Origin: a virus
Lineage: Duplodnaviria > Caudoviricetes
Length of the DNA: 25,041 nucleotides
Direction: 5' to 3' (one strand)
Virus record (IMG/VR): IMGVR_UViG_3300020413_000075
Coordinates: 1-25,041 of that record
In this document: piece by piece, positions 24,948-25,041 of the stretch
Layout: each line of letters starts with the position of its first letter
Numbering within the stretch: position 1 is the first letter of the stretch
Translations under genes and position numbers: made by a program
Notes under the pieces: generated by a model
Database searches by the model: none
What the model was told of the DNA's origin: nothing
What the model saw: only the letters and a program-made list of their open reading frames with translations

Positions 24948-25041
24948 TACTTGCCTTGCCCTCTATATCTCTTCTTTGCCCCATTGCGACTCGTAGCAGA
25001 GAACTTACTATGCTTTCCTTTTCCTTGTCTTGTCTTCTTTG
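24947..25041 (-). CDS. 3' part of a small, very basic protein (...KKTRQGKGKHSKFSATSRNGAKKRYRGQGK*), start outside the window
   Basis: Not in the ORF track. The frame is open from the window edge to TAA at 24949-24947, which overlaps the next ATG. The KKTRQG...K.YRGQG pattern is one I recall from small marine phage ORFs. Confidence 0.75.
   Translation of the reverse strand, partial: KKTRQGKGKHSKFSATSRNGAKKRYRGQGK

Overview
AT-rich (roughly one-third G+C by spot counts) segment of a T4-like marine myovirus, most likely a cyanomyovirus. The low GC would fit a Prochlorococcus host, but that is inference. All real genes are on the minus strand and form the late baseplate/tail-appendage module. 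In transcription order: a truncated small basic ORF, a 222-aa conserved hypothetical, a 43-aa ORF, gp25, gp6, a giant 3478-aa gp7, gp8, a 2457-aa VrlC/DUF4815-type structural protein, three small structural/accessory ORFs, and a 484-aa fibre protein with an Mtd-N-like N-terminus. Four T4-type late promoters (NATAAATA) are visible. I see no RNA genes, CRISPR arrays, mobile elements or defence genes. The most notable signals the annotation does not explain are: (1) apparent complete avoidance of GGWCC, with all six Gly-Pro codon pairs using rare GGG/GGC codons; (2) dozens of G-[IVL]-[GST]-T motifs scattered through the outer structural proteins; (3) a shared C-terminal I-[ND]-G-G-x-F motif on two adjacent in-frame fibre genes; (4) a split, degenerate YHYH domain and repeated modules in gp7. 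All family assignments come from motif recognition and synteny, not from database searches.
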